Origin: a virus
Strand: one strand, 5' to 3'
Length of the DNA: 55,502 nt
IMG/VR virus record: IMGVR_UViG_3300038701_001228
Coordinates: 1 to 55,502 of that record
A program made the position numbers and the translations under genes. Each line of letters starts with the position of its first letter. The first letter of the stretch is position 1. The notes under the pieces are model-generated. The model made no database searches, was not told the DNA's origin, and saw only the letters and a program-made list of their open reading frames with translations. Below are positions 17,793-26,974 of this stretch, in pieces.

Positions 17793-18079
17793 CCACCATC
17801 GCATCGGCGAGCATCACCGCCCAGAACACCTTCACCGACGCCGTACGGCTGGAGGGGTACTTCAACCTGTCCATCTCTGGCACGTGGGCGGCGACCGTCA
17901 CGGTCCAACGCAGCATCGACAACGCGACATGGGTAGATGCGGACACCTTCACCGCCAATTCCGAGGAGGTTGGTTTCGAGCCTGAGCTCATGTGGTACCG
18001 CGTTGGGGTAAAGACAGGGGACTTCACTTCTGGTACCGTCGTCCTGCGCCTCGGGCGCGAAGATAAGGACCGCCACTAA
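17789..18079 (+). CDS. Hypothetical protein
   Basis: 96-aa ORF with ATGA overlap to the previous gene. Confidence 0.5.
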   Translation: MTTIASASITAQNTFTDAVRLEGYFNLSISGTWAATVTVQRSIDNATWVDADTFTANSEEVGFEPELMWYRVGVKTGDFTSGTVVLRLGREDKDRH

Positions 18080-18081
18080 CC

Positions 18082-18597
18082 ATGCCTGTGCTTCTGAGGA
18101 ATAACGTATCTGCTACGCTCGCTGCAGCTTTGTCAGCGACGGATACCGGCATTGCGTTGTCCTCGGGGCAGGGCAGCCTGTTCCCCAGTCTGAGCGCAGG
18201 GGAATACTTCTACGCCACGCTCTCCGGCCCGACCACTGGGCCGGAGATTATCAAGGTCACAAACCGCGTGGGGGATACCCTCACCGTGACCCGCGCCCAA
18301 GAAGGAACTGTCGGGCAGCATTTCCCCGCCGGCGGGCGCATCGAGATCAGGGTCACAGCAGCCTCGGTTGAGGACAGAATTTCAAATCTGGACTTCACGG
18401 TGGACAGCTTCACTGGCACCGGGTCGCAGGTCAATTTTACACTTTCTACGACGCCAATCTCCAAGAACCACACATTGGTCTTCATCGACGGCGTGTATCA
18501 GGGCAAGGCTGGGTACTCTGTATCCGGCACGACGCTCACTTTTTCTGAAGCACCGCCGCTTAACAGCGCGGTTGAATGCAACACGATGGAGTTGTGA
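18082..18597 (+). CDS. Short fibre protein carrying the third copy of the anchor domain
   Basis: 171 aa. The N-terminal 100 aa are paralogous to CDS 12758 and CDS 13091. The C-terminal part has the form FTGTGSQVNFTLS...VFIDGVYQ...YSVSGTTLTFSEAP. Confidence 0.65.
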   Translation: MPVLLRNNVSATLAAALSATDTGIALSSGQGSLFPSLSAGEYFYATLSGPTTGPEIIKVTNRVGDTLTVTRAQEGTVGQHFPAGGRIEIRVTAASVEDRISNLDFTVDSFTGTGSQVNFTLSTTPISKNHTLVFIDGVYQGKAGYSVSGTTLTFSEAPPLNSAVECNTMEL

Positions 18598-18605
18598 GGA
18601 CGACG

Positions 18606-18860
18606 ATGGAAGCGGGGATGGTCTGGAACGGCATACTCACATTCGCATTTGGCCTGCTGGGCTGGGTGCTCAGGAACTATGTCGAGGAGCTAAAGCGGGT
18701 CACGATCCTGCTGAACCGCACGCGCGAGGAGATCGCCAAGGAGTATGTCACCAAAGGCGAGGTCCACGCCGACATCAACCGAGTGATGAGCCGACTGGAA
18801 GCCCTCGACGCCAAGCTGGACCGCCTGCTGGAAAGCCGGGCGAACAAGGGAGGTACGTGA
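18606..18860 (+). CDS. Single-TM membrane protein, putative holin or lysis regulator
   Basis: ATG 18606 follows SD GAGGA. N-terminal TM (WNGILTFAFGLLGWVL) then a coiled coil. Its stop overlaps the endolysin start (ATGA). Confidence 0.5.
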   Translation: MEAGMVWNGILTFAFGLLGWVLRNYVEELKRVTILLNRTREEIAKEYVTKGEVHADINRVMSRLEALDAKLDRLLESRANKGGT

Positions 18861-19447
18861 TGCAGGTCCCTGCGCACAAGACGAAGATCATGATCCACTG
18901 CCTCGCCACGCCGCCTAGCTGGGGCAAGCACAAGTCTGCCGAGCAGATGGTGGCTGAGGTCCGTCTGTGGCACACGCGGGACCGAGGCTGGAGCGACATC
19001 GCCTATGCCGAGATCGGGGACTACGGCGGCCACGGTGCGCCGGGCCGCGACCTGAACAACGACGGCAACACTTTCGACGACACCGGGGCCGGGGCGCGGG
19101 GCCACAACAGGGATACGATCCACCTCGCTCTCGCCGGTGGCCGCTGGCCTGACGGACGCTGGGGTGAGCGCACCGACGCCTTCGAGGACCACTTCACCCC
19201 GGAGCAGGACCGCTGGCTGCGTGAGACCATCGCCAAGATCAATCGCGCCGCGGGCCGCGAGCTACAGGTTCTGGGTCACAACGAGGTCGACCCCAACAAG
19301 GGCTGCCCGGCATTCGACGTGCAGAAGTGGTTGAAGGGTGTGCCTGCCGCGCCAGTCACAAAGCCGGTTGTGACTAAGAACCCGCTCGTCGCTATTCTCA
19401 ACGCAATCCTCAAGACCCTTGGGCTCAACAGAGGCGGCCCAGCATGA
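18860..19447 (+). CDS. Endolysin, N-acetylmuramoyl-L-alanine amidase (T7-lysozyme / PGRP type)
   Basis: 195 aa from ATG 18860. Zn-ligand pattern IMIHC...GHNEV...KGCP and overall Amidase_2-like sequence. The track ORF from 18368 is an out-of-context N-terminal extension. Confidence 0.8.
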   Translation: MQVPAHKTKIMIHCLATPPSWGKHKSAEQMVAEVRLWHTRDRGWSDIAYAEIGDYGGHGAPGRDLNNDGNTFDDTGAGARGHNRDTIHLALAGGRWPDGRWGERTDAFEDHFTPEQDRWLRETIAKINRAAGRELQVLGHNEVDPNKGCPAFDVQKWLKGVPAAPVTKPVVTKNPLVAILNAILKTLGLNRGGPA

Positions 19448-19620
19448 TCGCGCCAGTCATCCGCATCATCCTCCGGTACGGCGTCGGTGCCGTGGTCGGC
19501 ATGGAAATCGGGGGTATGTTGGCAGGCGACCCCGACGTTGTGATGCTGCTCGCCGCGGGCGTCGGCGCAGCCACCGAGGCAGTCTACGTCTTTGCCAAGA
19601 AGAAGGGGTGGACCACATGA
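19444..19620 (+). CDS. 58-aa two-TM membrane protein, putative holin (not in the ORF track)
   Basis: Translated by hand: MIAPVIRIILRYGVGAVVGMEIGGMLAGDPDVVMLLAAGVGAATEAVYVFAKKKGWTT. ATGA overlaps at both ends, with the endolysin stop and with the i-spanin start. Confidence 0.6.
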   Translation: MIAPVIRIILRYGVGAVVGMEIGGMLAGDPDVVMLLAAGVGAATEAVYVFAKKKGWTT

Positions 19621-19835
19621 TCGACCTGCTTACAGCCATCGGCGCAGCACTGGCCAGCGGGCTCGTGATGTACTTCTTCGGCTACCGGAAGGCCGACAAG
19701 GCCCGCACGCAGCAGGAGCTCAAGCGGAGGCTGGAGAACACGAAGCAAGCGCAGGAGGTGCGCGATGAGGTTGAGAGCTTGGATGATATTGATCTCGCTA
19801 CCCGCGCTCGCCGCTGGGTGCGTGGTGACGACTGA
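19617..19835 (+). CDS. i-spanin (Rz-like)
   Basis: 72 aa from ATG 19617. N-terminal TM (LLTAIGAALASGLVMYFFGY) then a charged coiled coil. Confidence 0.65.
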   Translation: MIDLLTAIGAALASGLVMYFFGYRKADKARTQQELKRRLENTKQAQEVRDEVESLDDIDLATRARRWVRGDD

Positions 19836-19962
19836 GTGCGATTGGACGCGCTCCATGCCCTTTGGCAGCCAACAAACGGTTGACTGGCTGCTGGAGAACG
19901 ACCGCCAGCTACTGATGGACGTCGTGGTCCACAACGAAGCCAGAGAAAGGATTTGCAGATGA
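19765..19962 (+). CDS. o-spanin (Rz1-like lipoprotein), partly overlapping the i-spanin in another frame
   Basis: Signal peptide plus lipobox (LISLPALAAGC). The first 71 nt overlap the 3' end of the i-spanin gene. Confidence 0.65.
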   Translation: MRLRAWMILISLPALAAGCVVTTECDWTRSMPFGSQQTVDWLLENDRQLLMDVVVHNEARERICR

Positions 19963-20096
19963 TGAACAAGAAGAAACCGATGAGCTACAAGAAGGGCGGC
20001 ATGGTGTTCAAGCCGTGCGCCTCATGCCCCAGCCCGGCCAAGTGCCGCAAAGCGGGTAAGTGCGCGAAGAAAGAAGCTGCGAAGAAAAAGAAGTAG
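19959..20096 (+). CDS. 45-aa Lys/Cys-rich miniprotein (not in the ORF track)
   Basis: Translated by hand: MMNKKKPMSYKKGGMVFKPCASCPSPAKCRKAGKCAKKEAAKKKK. ATGA overlap with the o-spanin stop. Confidence 0.5.
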   Translation: MMNKKKPMSYKKGGMVFKPCASCPSPAKCRKAGKCAKKEAAKKKK

Positions 20097-20099
20097 GGT

Positions 20100-22487
20100 A
20101 TGGCCGGGATCAAACTCCAGAAGTTTCTAGGGAAAGCTCCGCGCGTTGCGCCGGAGCTCCTTCCCGATATGGCGGCGCAGACGGCGACGAACGTCAAGCT
20201 GTACTCTGGAGATTTGATCCCCTACCCCCAGCCCGTTGTCGTGGGGAACCACGGGCTGTCTGGCGTAGCACCGGTGACGCTGCACGCCCTCTACGACCCG
20301 GCGGGCGATCCCGTCTGGCTTGTGTGGGACAGCGACGTGGACATCGCCACGCCCTCCGGAACTGACAACGCCGAGGAGCAGCGGTTCTATTACACCGGCG
20401 ACGGCGCACCCAAGGTATCGACCTACGCGCTGGCCACGACCGGGGCAGCACCCTACCCCGTGGACTACTACGACCTCGGGCTGCCGCTTCCGACGCAGAC
20501 CCCGACGGCAACCGAGACAGCCTTCACCACCAAGACGACGGCGACCTACGAGCGCGATGCTGGTGGCCTCGTGACCATGACGACCTCTGCGCCGCACGGC
20601 CTCAAGTCGGGTGCGTTTGTCACCATCAGCGGGTTCACCAACCGGTCAGGGACCTACAGCCAGTCTGGTACGACCATCACGGTGACGATCACGGGCCACG
20701 GGTTGGCCATCGGCTCGCGTGTTCTGCTGCGGTTTACCTCCGGCACGGCGACCGCCAACATCTTTACGGTCACGGCCACGCCATCAGCGAATACGTTTGA
20801 GGTCACGGCTGATGCGTCTGCAACGACCAGCGGTAACGTGGACTGGGACATTACCAACCTGAACGCCACGTCCATCGAGGTCACGGTCATCGACTCGACG
20901 ACCTTCACCTACACCAGCCCGGGTTTCCAAGTCTCGACCATCTCGAGCAGCGACGGGCGTGTCGACCTTGCCGGCGCTACACAGGCCCGCAGCTACCTCT
21001 ACACGTGGTTTACCCCGTGGGAGGAGGAGTCCATCGGCTCCGAGCCGTCGAACGAGCTGTTCATCAAGGAAGGTCAGCTCGTCACGGTCAGCAACCTGCC
21101 GACGGCCAAGCCTGCGGGCAAGAACCAAGTCCAAGGCATCCGCCTGTATCGCACGCTCTCGACTGTGGCGGACACCGAGTATCTGCGCCTCGCTACGCTG
21201 TGGTTCCCTGTGACCGTGGACACTGTGGTGGGCACGACGGTCACGACTGTGCAGCCCCACAACCTTGCGGTCGGCAACTACTTCAAGATCAGCACCGGCG
21301 TGGCCGGCGGCGAAGTCACGGATGTGGCTGACGACTACACCTTCACCTACACCGGCGGTACCGGCTCCGGCGGCGCGGGCGGCACGCTTTACCACGACGT
21401 CTCGGAGAACCCCGGGACGACCACGCCTCGGTACTGGGGCGATGGCTCCTACGATTTCACCGACGATTTCAACGTGGCCAGCCTGCTCAACGCGCTGGTG
21501 ACGGACGACTACGACCCGCCGCCGGAGGGCCTCAAGGGCCTGACGCTGTACAATAACAACATCCTCGTGGGATTCGTCGGCAACGAGCTCTACTTCTCCG
21601 AACCGGGCCGGTACCACGCATGGCCGCGTGCGTATAAGCGGGAGATTCCGTTCAACATCGTGGGGCTCGCGGTGTTCTCGGGATACCTGCTGGTTGCCAC
21701 AGACAACTACCCCTACCTCGTCGCTGGTAACGACCCGTCGATCCTCAGCCTGACGCGGGTCGATGCGCGGTACCCATGCCTGAACAAGCGCAGCATCGCC
21801 AACATGGGCTTTGGTGTGATGTACGCCACCCATGACGGGCTGGCGCTCTACTCGACCACGACCGGTCCGCAGCTTGCAACCCGCCTGCTGTACAACAGCG
21901 ACACGTGGAATGAAGACCTCGACCCGAGCACGCTCATCGCCACGGCGTATAAGGACACGTACCTCGCATGGCATTCTGCGGGCGGCATCAGCTTCGAGCG
22001 CGAAGACCGCGTCGGCGGTTTTTTCGTCGATCTCACAACCGCTGACCAGCCCGAGGCCACGTGGTATGATCCGCTCACCAACAAGCTGTACTACGCCACC
22101 GGCACCAATGGCGACGTGTATCTGTGGGATGATCTGACCCAGCCCGCCCAGCCGTTCGAGTGGAAGTCCAAGATCATCGTGACCCCCAACCCGATCAATA
22201 TCGGCGCGGCGCAGGTCGATGCTGACTACGCCGCCACCTCCCCGGTCTGGGACACGGTGACCGATACGTGGGGTACGTCTACTGTACAGTGGGACAACGA
22301 CGGTGGGATCACGTTCAAGCTGTGGGTCGACGGCGAACTGGTCTCTACGCAACAGCTTGACAATCGTAACGTGTTTCGTTTGCCCCGCGGTTACCGTTCG
22401 GATACATTCGAGGTAGGCGTTGAGGGCTCTGTGCGGCTGAGAACCATCCGGATTGCCGAGACGCCGACAGGGCTGAGAGAGGTTTAA
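20100..22487 (+). CDS. Large tail protein (tail-tubular-B / nozzle-like)
   Basis: 795 aa. Size and position fit a podovirus tail tube/nozzle protein. The assignment is positional. Confidence 0.45.
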   Translation: MAGIKLQKFLGKAPRVAPELLPDMAAQTATNVKLYSGDLIPYPQPVVVGNHGLSGVAPVTLHALYDPAGDPVWLVWDSDVDIATPSGTDNAEEQRFYYTGDGAPKVSTYALATTGAAPYPVDYYDLGLPLPTQTPTATETAFTTKTTATYERDAGGLVTMTTSAPHGLKSGAFVTISGFTNRSGTYSQSGTTITVTITGHGLAIGSRVLLRFTSGTATANIFTVTATPSANTFEVTADASATTSGNVDWDITNLNATSIEVTVIDSTTFTYTSPGFQVSTISSSDGRVDLAGATQARSYLYTWFTPWEEESIGSEPSNELFIKEGQLVTVSNLPTAKPAGKNQVQGIRLYRTLSTVADTEYLRLATLWFPVTVDTVVGTTVTTVQPHNLAVGNYFKISTGVAGGEVTDVADDYTFTYTGGTGSGGAGGTLYHDVSENPGTTTPRYWGDGSYDFTDDFNVASLLNALVTDDYDPPPEGLKGLTLYNNNILVGFVGNELYFSEPGRYHAWPRAYKREIPFNIVGLAVFSGYLLVATDNYPYLVAGNDPSILSLTRVDARYPCLNKRSIANMGFGVMYATHDGLALYSTTTGPQLATRLLYNSDTWNEDLDPSTLIATAYKDTYLAWHSAGGISFEREDRVGGFFVDLTTADQPEATWYDPLTNKLYYATGTNGDVYLWDDLTQPAQPFEWKSKIIVTPNPINIGAAQVDADYAATSPVWDTVTDTWGTSTVQWDNDGGITFKLWVDGELVSTQQLDNRNVFRLPRGYRSDTFEVGVEGSVRLRTIRIAETPTGLREV

Positions 22488-22843
22488 TGGCACTGCGAAG
22501 CAGATATACAGCGGTCCCCGCAGTCCCCCTCACAGGTGTTGAGGAGTGGCAGGCGCAGCTTCTGAACGCGCTCAAAGAGAACGTCGAGCTGTTGACCGGC
22601 ACCCGTGGTGAACCTGATCTGGCCAGCGTTGCGATCAACCGCGCGCGCCTGACTGTGGCTGTCCCGCCCGAACAGAGTATGCGGCAGGTCAGTGCGAGCG
22701 GCAGTGGCGTCACCATCAGTGGGGCAGCCGTGCCAGTCCTCGATGATTACACCCAGCTTCTCACCGATGTGCAGAGGCTTGCCAACGACGTAGCCAACCT
22801 GCGGGCGACCGTGGAAGTGCTCATCACACAACTGAAGGGGTAA
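22487..22843 (+). CDS. Hypothetical structural protein
   Basis: 118 aa with TAATG coupling and a C-terminal coiled coil. Confidence 0.5.
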   Translation: MALRSRYTAVPAVPLTGVEEWQAQLLNALKENVELLTGTRGEPDLASVAINRARLTVAVPPEQSMRQVSASGSGVTISGAAVPVLDDYTQLLTDVQRLANDVANLRATVEVLITQLKG

Positions 22844-22845
22844 CC

Positions 22846-23667
22846 ATGGCTCGTGCTCCCATGACCAACCAGCGCAACGCACAGGCTCAGCCCGCCCGGC
22901 GCGCGGCACCGCCGACTGCTCTCCCGCCTATTCTGCAGGGCCTCATGGCGGCCCCGCCGCAGCCTCCTGTCATGGCCCCGGGCCGTGGCCTCGCCGGCGG
23001 TGCGCCGTCGCTTGCAGCGTCCACTGCGCCGCAAGCGGGTTTCGGGCAAGTTCCGTCCTACCAGATGGGCGGTGCCATTGGCCCGGGCGGGCAGCCCATG
23101 CGCCCCGCTGGTGTGCAGCAACAGATGAACCCGCAAGAACCGCTCTCGCCACAGATGATCGAGATGCAAATCCAAGACCTCGCCACGCGCAACCCGCAGG
23201 TGTTGGCGCAGATCAAGCAAGCGATCAACGAAGCCATGATGACGGGCGAGTTGACCCAACAAGAGCTGAACACGATGGTTCAGCTGGCGACGACGGTCCT
23301 GCGCAACCCGGCGCTTTACCCGCAAATCCGTCAGTTCGCCATCCAGCAGGGCCTCGCCACCGAACAGGACCTGTCGCCGCAGTACGATCAGGGCCTCATC
23401 ATCGCCATCCTCATCGCCGCTCGAGCGGCTCAGGCCGACGTCGGCGGGCAGAACATGATGGCCGGTGGTACCCCCGCCATGGCAGGCGCAGCTCCGATCC
23501 AGTCGATGAAAGACGGCGGGCGCGTGCAGGGCGAAGCCAGCGAGCCCGTGATGATCGAAGCCCATACTGGTGAGTACGTGATCCCCAAGCATGTTGTGGA
23601 TATGAAGGGCCGCGAGTTCTTCGACCGGATGCTGGAGCAGTATGCAGAAAAGGCCAGCGATGACTGA
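22846..23667 (+). CDS. Putative internal virion protein (Pro/Gln/Ala-rich)
   Basis: 273 aa. Low-complexity N-terminal half and a helical Gln-rich centre. Confidence 0.45.
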   Translation: MARAPMTNQRNAQAQPARRAAPPTALPPILQGLMAAPPQPPVMAPGRGLAGGAPSLAASTAPQAGFGQVPSYQMGGAIGPGGQPMRPAGVQQQMNPQEPLSPQMIEMQIQDLATRNPQVLAQIKQAINEAMMTGELTQQELNTMVQLATTVLRNPALYPQIRQFAIQQGLATEQDLSPQYDQGLIIAILIAARAAQADVGGQNMMAGGTPAMAGAAPIQSMKDGGRVQGEASEPVMIEAHTGEYVIPKHVVDMKGREFFDRMLEQYAEKASDD

Positions 23668-24091
23668 TCTGACTGTAGAGATGCTGACCCCTGAACAAGT
23701 CGAGGCGGAGTGGTCCGCACTCGAGCCTATGTTCGCAGTATCTTGCAAGAGCAACGAGTTGAGCGAAGTCGACGTAACTCCAGAGGACATCCGGTCCGCG
23801 GCGCTGAACGGGCTGTGCGTCATCTTCTGCTTCCGCAAGGCGGGCAAGGCGTCGATGGTGCTGGCCCTACAGTTCACAGATACAAACGGGCACAAGGGCG
23901 CAGAGATCATGGCCATGGGTGGCCGGCACCTTATGAGCTTCAAGGACAGGTACTGGAACCTGATCCTCGATTGGCTGAAGGCCAATGGTTGTGAGTTCCT
24001 CGATGCGTATGCCAATGAACGGTTGGCGAAGATATACATGAGCAAGTTCGGGTTCGATAAATCCTGCTCGCTCGTCCGGATGAACTTGTAG
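23660..24091 (+). CDS. Hypothetical protein (possible small acyltransferase-like fold)
   Basis: 143 aa from ATG 23660 (the track start 23642 is also possible). No diagnostic motif recognised. Confidence 0.4.
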   Translation: MTDLTVEMLTPEQVEAEWSALEPMFAVSCKSNELSEVDVTPEDIRSAALNGLCVIFCFRKAGKASMVLALQFTDTNGHKGAEIMAMGGRHLMSFKDRYWNLILDWLKANGCEFLDAYANERLAKIYMSKFGFDKSCSLVRMNL

Positions 24092-24100
24092 GAGGCCGCG

Positions 24101-25132
24101 ATGGCAAAAGGTGTCAAGAAAGTTCTGGGGGTAGTGGCAGCCATCGCTATCCCGTTTGTCGCCCCGGTTGTCGCCGGAGCTATTGGTATCTCGAGCACAC
24201 TCGGGACTGCCGTAGTCGGGGCGGGCCTCGGCGCGGCCAACGCCGCCATCACTGGTGGCGATCCGCTGCTCGGGGCTGTGACCGGGGGCCTAGGCACCTT
24301 TGCCGCAGGTGGAGGGTTCCAGAACATGTTCGGTGGGTCTCAGCCCCTCGTCGCAGGTCAGCAGGCTGTAGGCGGCGGTCTCTTTGGCGGGCCGGGCATG
24401 ACCACAGGCACACCACTGGCACAGCAGGCGGGTTATACTGCAGGCGGAGCGCAGAGCCTCTTGCCACCGGCAGCCACGGCGACCGGTACAGGCGCGGGTC
24501 TTGCAGGCGCAGGCGCTGGATTCTTGGAGGCGGGCGCGCAGGCGGGCGCGCAGACGGCCCTCCAGTCTGGTATCTCTGCCCTGTCCGACCCATCGACGCT
24601 GGCGCGGATCACGCTGCTCGCCGCATCTGGTAATGTGACCGGCCTGTCGGCTGCGGAAGAAGAACTTGTGAACCTGCGTAAGCAGGAGCTCCAACAGATC
24701 GCCGCGACCAACCAAGAGCTGTTCGACCAGCAGGTCTCTGCCGCGCGGAACTTCATGCAGATGGCTGCGCAGAACGCACCGAACCCGCAGCAGGCGTTTG
24801 CCGAGACCAAGATCGCCACCGAGCGGCAGCTTGCCGAGCAGACTCGTGGCCTCGGCGCGAGCGAAGCAGCAGCGGCGCAGCGTCGGGCAGCCATCCGTGG
24901 CACGCAGACGGGGGCAACGGCAGCCGCGGCGGAGGAAGCCCGTGGCCGGGGGACTCAGACCCAGCTCATGCAGGCTGGTATCGGGGCGCTTCCAACGTCT
25001 GCGCCGGAAGGCTATGCGGGCTTGGCACTGCCCATGTATGAAGACCTCGCCGACCGTGCGCGGCAAGCGCGCAGCGATCTGGTCTACGGCGTAACCCGCG
25101 CAGCACCGAACCTGTTCGGCGGCATCGCGTAA
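24101..25132 (+). CDS. Putative internal virion / ejection protein with N-terminal Gly-zipper TM segments
   Basis: 343 aa. Hydrophobic Gly/Ala-rich N-terminus (VLGVVAAIAIPFVAPVVAGAIGI...) followed by a Gln/Ala-rich helical region. Confidence 0.5.
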   Translation: MAKGVKKVLGVVAAIAIPFVAPVVAGAIGISSTLGTAVVGAGLGAANAAITGGDPLLGAVTGGLGTFAAGGGFQNMFGGSQPLVAGQQAVGGGLFGGPGMTTGTPLAQQAGYTAGGAQSLLPPAATATGTGAGLAGAGAGFLEAGAQAGAQTALQSGISALSDPSTLARITLLAASGNVTGLSAAEEELVNLRKQELQQIAATNQELFDQQVSAARNFMQMAAQNAPNPQQAFAETKIATERQLAEQTRGLGASEAAAAQRRAAIRGTQTGATAAAAEEARGRGTQTQLMQAGIGALPTSAPEGYAGLALPMYEDLADRARQARSDLVYGVTRAAPNLFGGIA

Positions 25133-25143
25133 AGGAGAGAACC

Positions 25144-26973
25144 ATGGCGTTGACTGTAGCGAATGTCGGGCGGGGCAATTACGTCCTTGGCGGTCTCGGT
25201 CGTCGCCAAGGTCCGAGCGCAGCGGAGGCCATGGACCTCGCCCAGCGTGAAGAACAGCGGTTCCGCGATGCACAGCGGCAGGCTCGTGAAATCGAGCAAG
25301 CAATGCAGCTGCGCGCGTCGGAGGAATCCCGGCGGCAGCAGCAGTTTCAGATGGGGCTTGAGGATCGCGCCGCCGCCCAAGCCCGCGCCGCGCAAGCAGC
25401 AGCGCAAGCTGAGACCCGGCGGCGGCTACTGGCTCAGTACGGAGGGGCGCTTGCTGGCGGCGCACCCGGGCTTGTGACTGGCGCACCCGGTGTTTCTCGG
25501 CCTGAGCCTGCACCCACATCTCCCGGCCTTACGCTTCCGGTCGGAAGGCCAACAGCACCGCCTGCGCCCGGCGGGACTGTCACCGGCGGTGCGGGGACCG
25601 CTGCTCTCCAAGGGGGTGGCGGCGCGGATACTCTTTCCGACGCTGGTGTTCGGCCTCGCGCGACCCGGGCGCGGTCGCCTGCTGCGACCGCTGGTGCAGG
25701 TATCCCCTTGAGCGCGCAGCCCGGTGTGCTTTCGCCGCCTACCCGCACTACATACTACGGCGTTGATTTCGACATCTATCCGGATGGGCGGATCATAAAT
25801 CTTGCCACCAACACCGAAGTTCCCGCCACCCCTGAGTTCGCTGATCTGCGCTCCGCAGTGGAGGCAATGGCGTCTGGCGACCCACTCCAGATGATGATCC
25901 CGCGTAGCGTCCGCCCAGAGACTGGGCAAGAGCTCCCCGCTGGTGTTGAGGCCCCGGGGCTTTATACCACGGCGCTGGGGAATTTTCCGGGGGCAGCTAA
26001 TGCGGACACGTACCTTGCCGAAGGTCTCATCAATGACCTTGAGTACCAGCAGCTTACTCGTGGCACACGTGCGCAACAGGCTGAGGTTATCACGAATGTA
26101 GTGCGGCGGCGCAATGCGGGTGAAACTGCCCCACCGGTGCCGGTAGAGGCCAGCCCTCCGGCAGAAGTTCAGATCACTGGGCCGACAGGTGAGGAGACCA
26201 CCGTCACTGTAGACGAGGGCCCCACCCTCTCTTATGGTGCGGGGCTTCGCGGGCCGGGTTCCGACTCGCCAATCGACTACGTACTTGGGCAGCCTGTGGG
26301 TAGCGGTGCGGCTGCACCCAACATCCCTCGTGAGCCTCCGCGTCTTAGCGCCGCCATCACTCAAGGGTTCTCCGAACGCGAGCGACTGGTTGAGGCATAC
26401 AATGCGTTTACCCAAGCCGGGCTGCTCAGCGAGGCGCAAAACTTCCTGCAGGCCATCCAGAACCTCGATCAGACACTGATTCGTCTGCAGGGTGAGCAGG
26501 CCATCAATGACCTGCAAATCGGCTCCGTAGAGCGCGCTGCCCAGCTGTTGTCGTATTACTACGGGGCAAGCGTTCAGCCGGTGCTGACGTCGGATGGAGT
26601 CTACGACCTGTATGTAAACGGGCAGCCGGTGGAGAACGAAGACATGCTTGGGCTGCGTCCCGATCAGATGGGGGATATGCTCCGCCCATTCTTCGATACG
26701 CAGTACCGCGAGGCTATGGCCGATGCCCGGGAAAGCTACCTCACCACCCGCGCGGAAGAACAAGCCCGCCGCGATATGGCAGAGGCGGAGAACCCGGGCT
26801 TTACGACTGAGCGGGAGCTGGCGGCGTCGGGGCCCAACGGCGAAACGGTCATGCTGATGGCCAACCCGGCAGGGGAGTATAGGTTGGTGTGGCTGGAGGC
26901 CGGTGAAGATGGTAACCTGATCCCGCGCTTCCAGTCGATAACACAAGCGCAAGTACAAAACTTGGGGTTCTAA
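25144..26973 (+). CDS. Putative internal virion / ejection protein
   Basis: 609 aa. Charged coiled-coil N-terminus and Pro/Ala/Gly-rich linkers. Sits directly upstream of the giant gene. Confidence 0.45.
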   Translation: MALTVANVGRGNYVLGGLGRRQGPSAAEAMDLAQREEQRFRDAQRQAREIEQAMQLRASEESRRQQQFQMGLEDRAAAQARAAQAAAQAETRRRLLAQYGGALAGGAPGLVTGAPGVSRPEPAPTSPGLTLPVGRPTAPPAPGGTVTGGAGTAALQGGGGADTLSDAGVRPRATRARSPAATAGAGIPLSAQPGVLSPPTRTTYYGVDFDIYPDGRIINLATNTEVPATPEFADLRSAVEAMASGDPLQMMIPRSVRPETGQELPAGVEAPGLYTTALGNFPGAANADTYLAEGLINDLEYQQLTRGTRAQQAEVITNVVRRRNAGETAPPVPVEASPPAEVQITGPTGEETTVTVDEGPTLSYGAGLRGPGSDSPIDYVLGQPVGSGAAAPNIPREPPRLSAAITQGFSERERLVEAYNAFTQAGLLSEAQNFLQAIQNLDQTLIRLQGEQAINDLQIGSVERAAQLLSYYYGASVQPVLTSDGVYDLYVNGQPVENEDMLGLRPDQMGDMLRPFFDTQYREAMADARESYLTTRAEEQARRDMAEAENPGFTTERELAASGPNGETVMLMANPAGEYRLVWLEAGEDGNLIPRFQSITQAQVQNLGF

Positions 26974-26974
26974 T

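Noticed and set aside
18368-19447. 359-aa ORF suggesting a much larger endolysin
   Set aside because: The N-terminal 164 residues are Arg/Pro-rich nonsense overlapping the fibre and holin-like genes. The amidase domain begins at ATG 18860, which is ATGA-coupled to the upstream gene.
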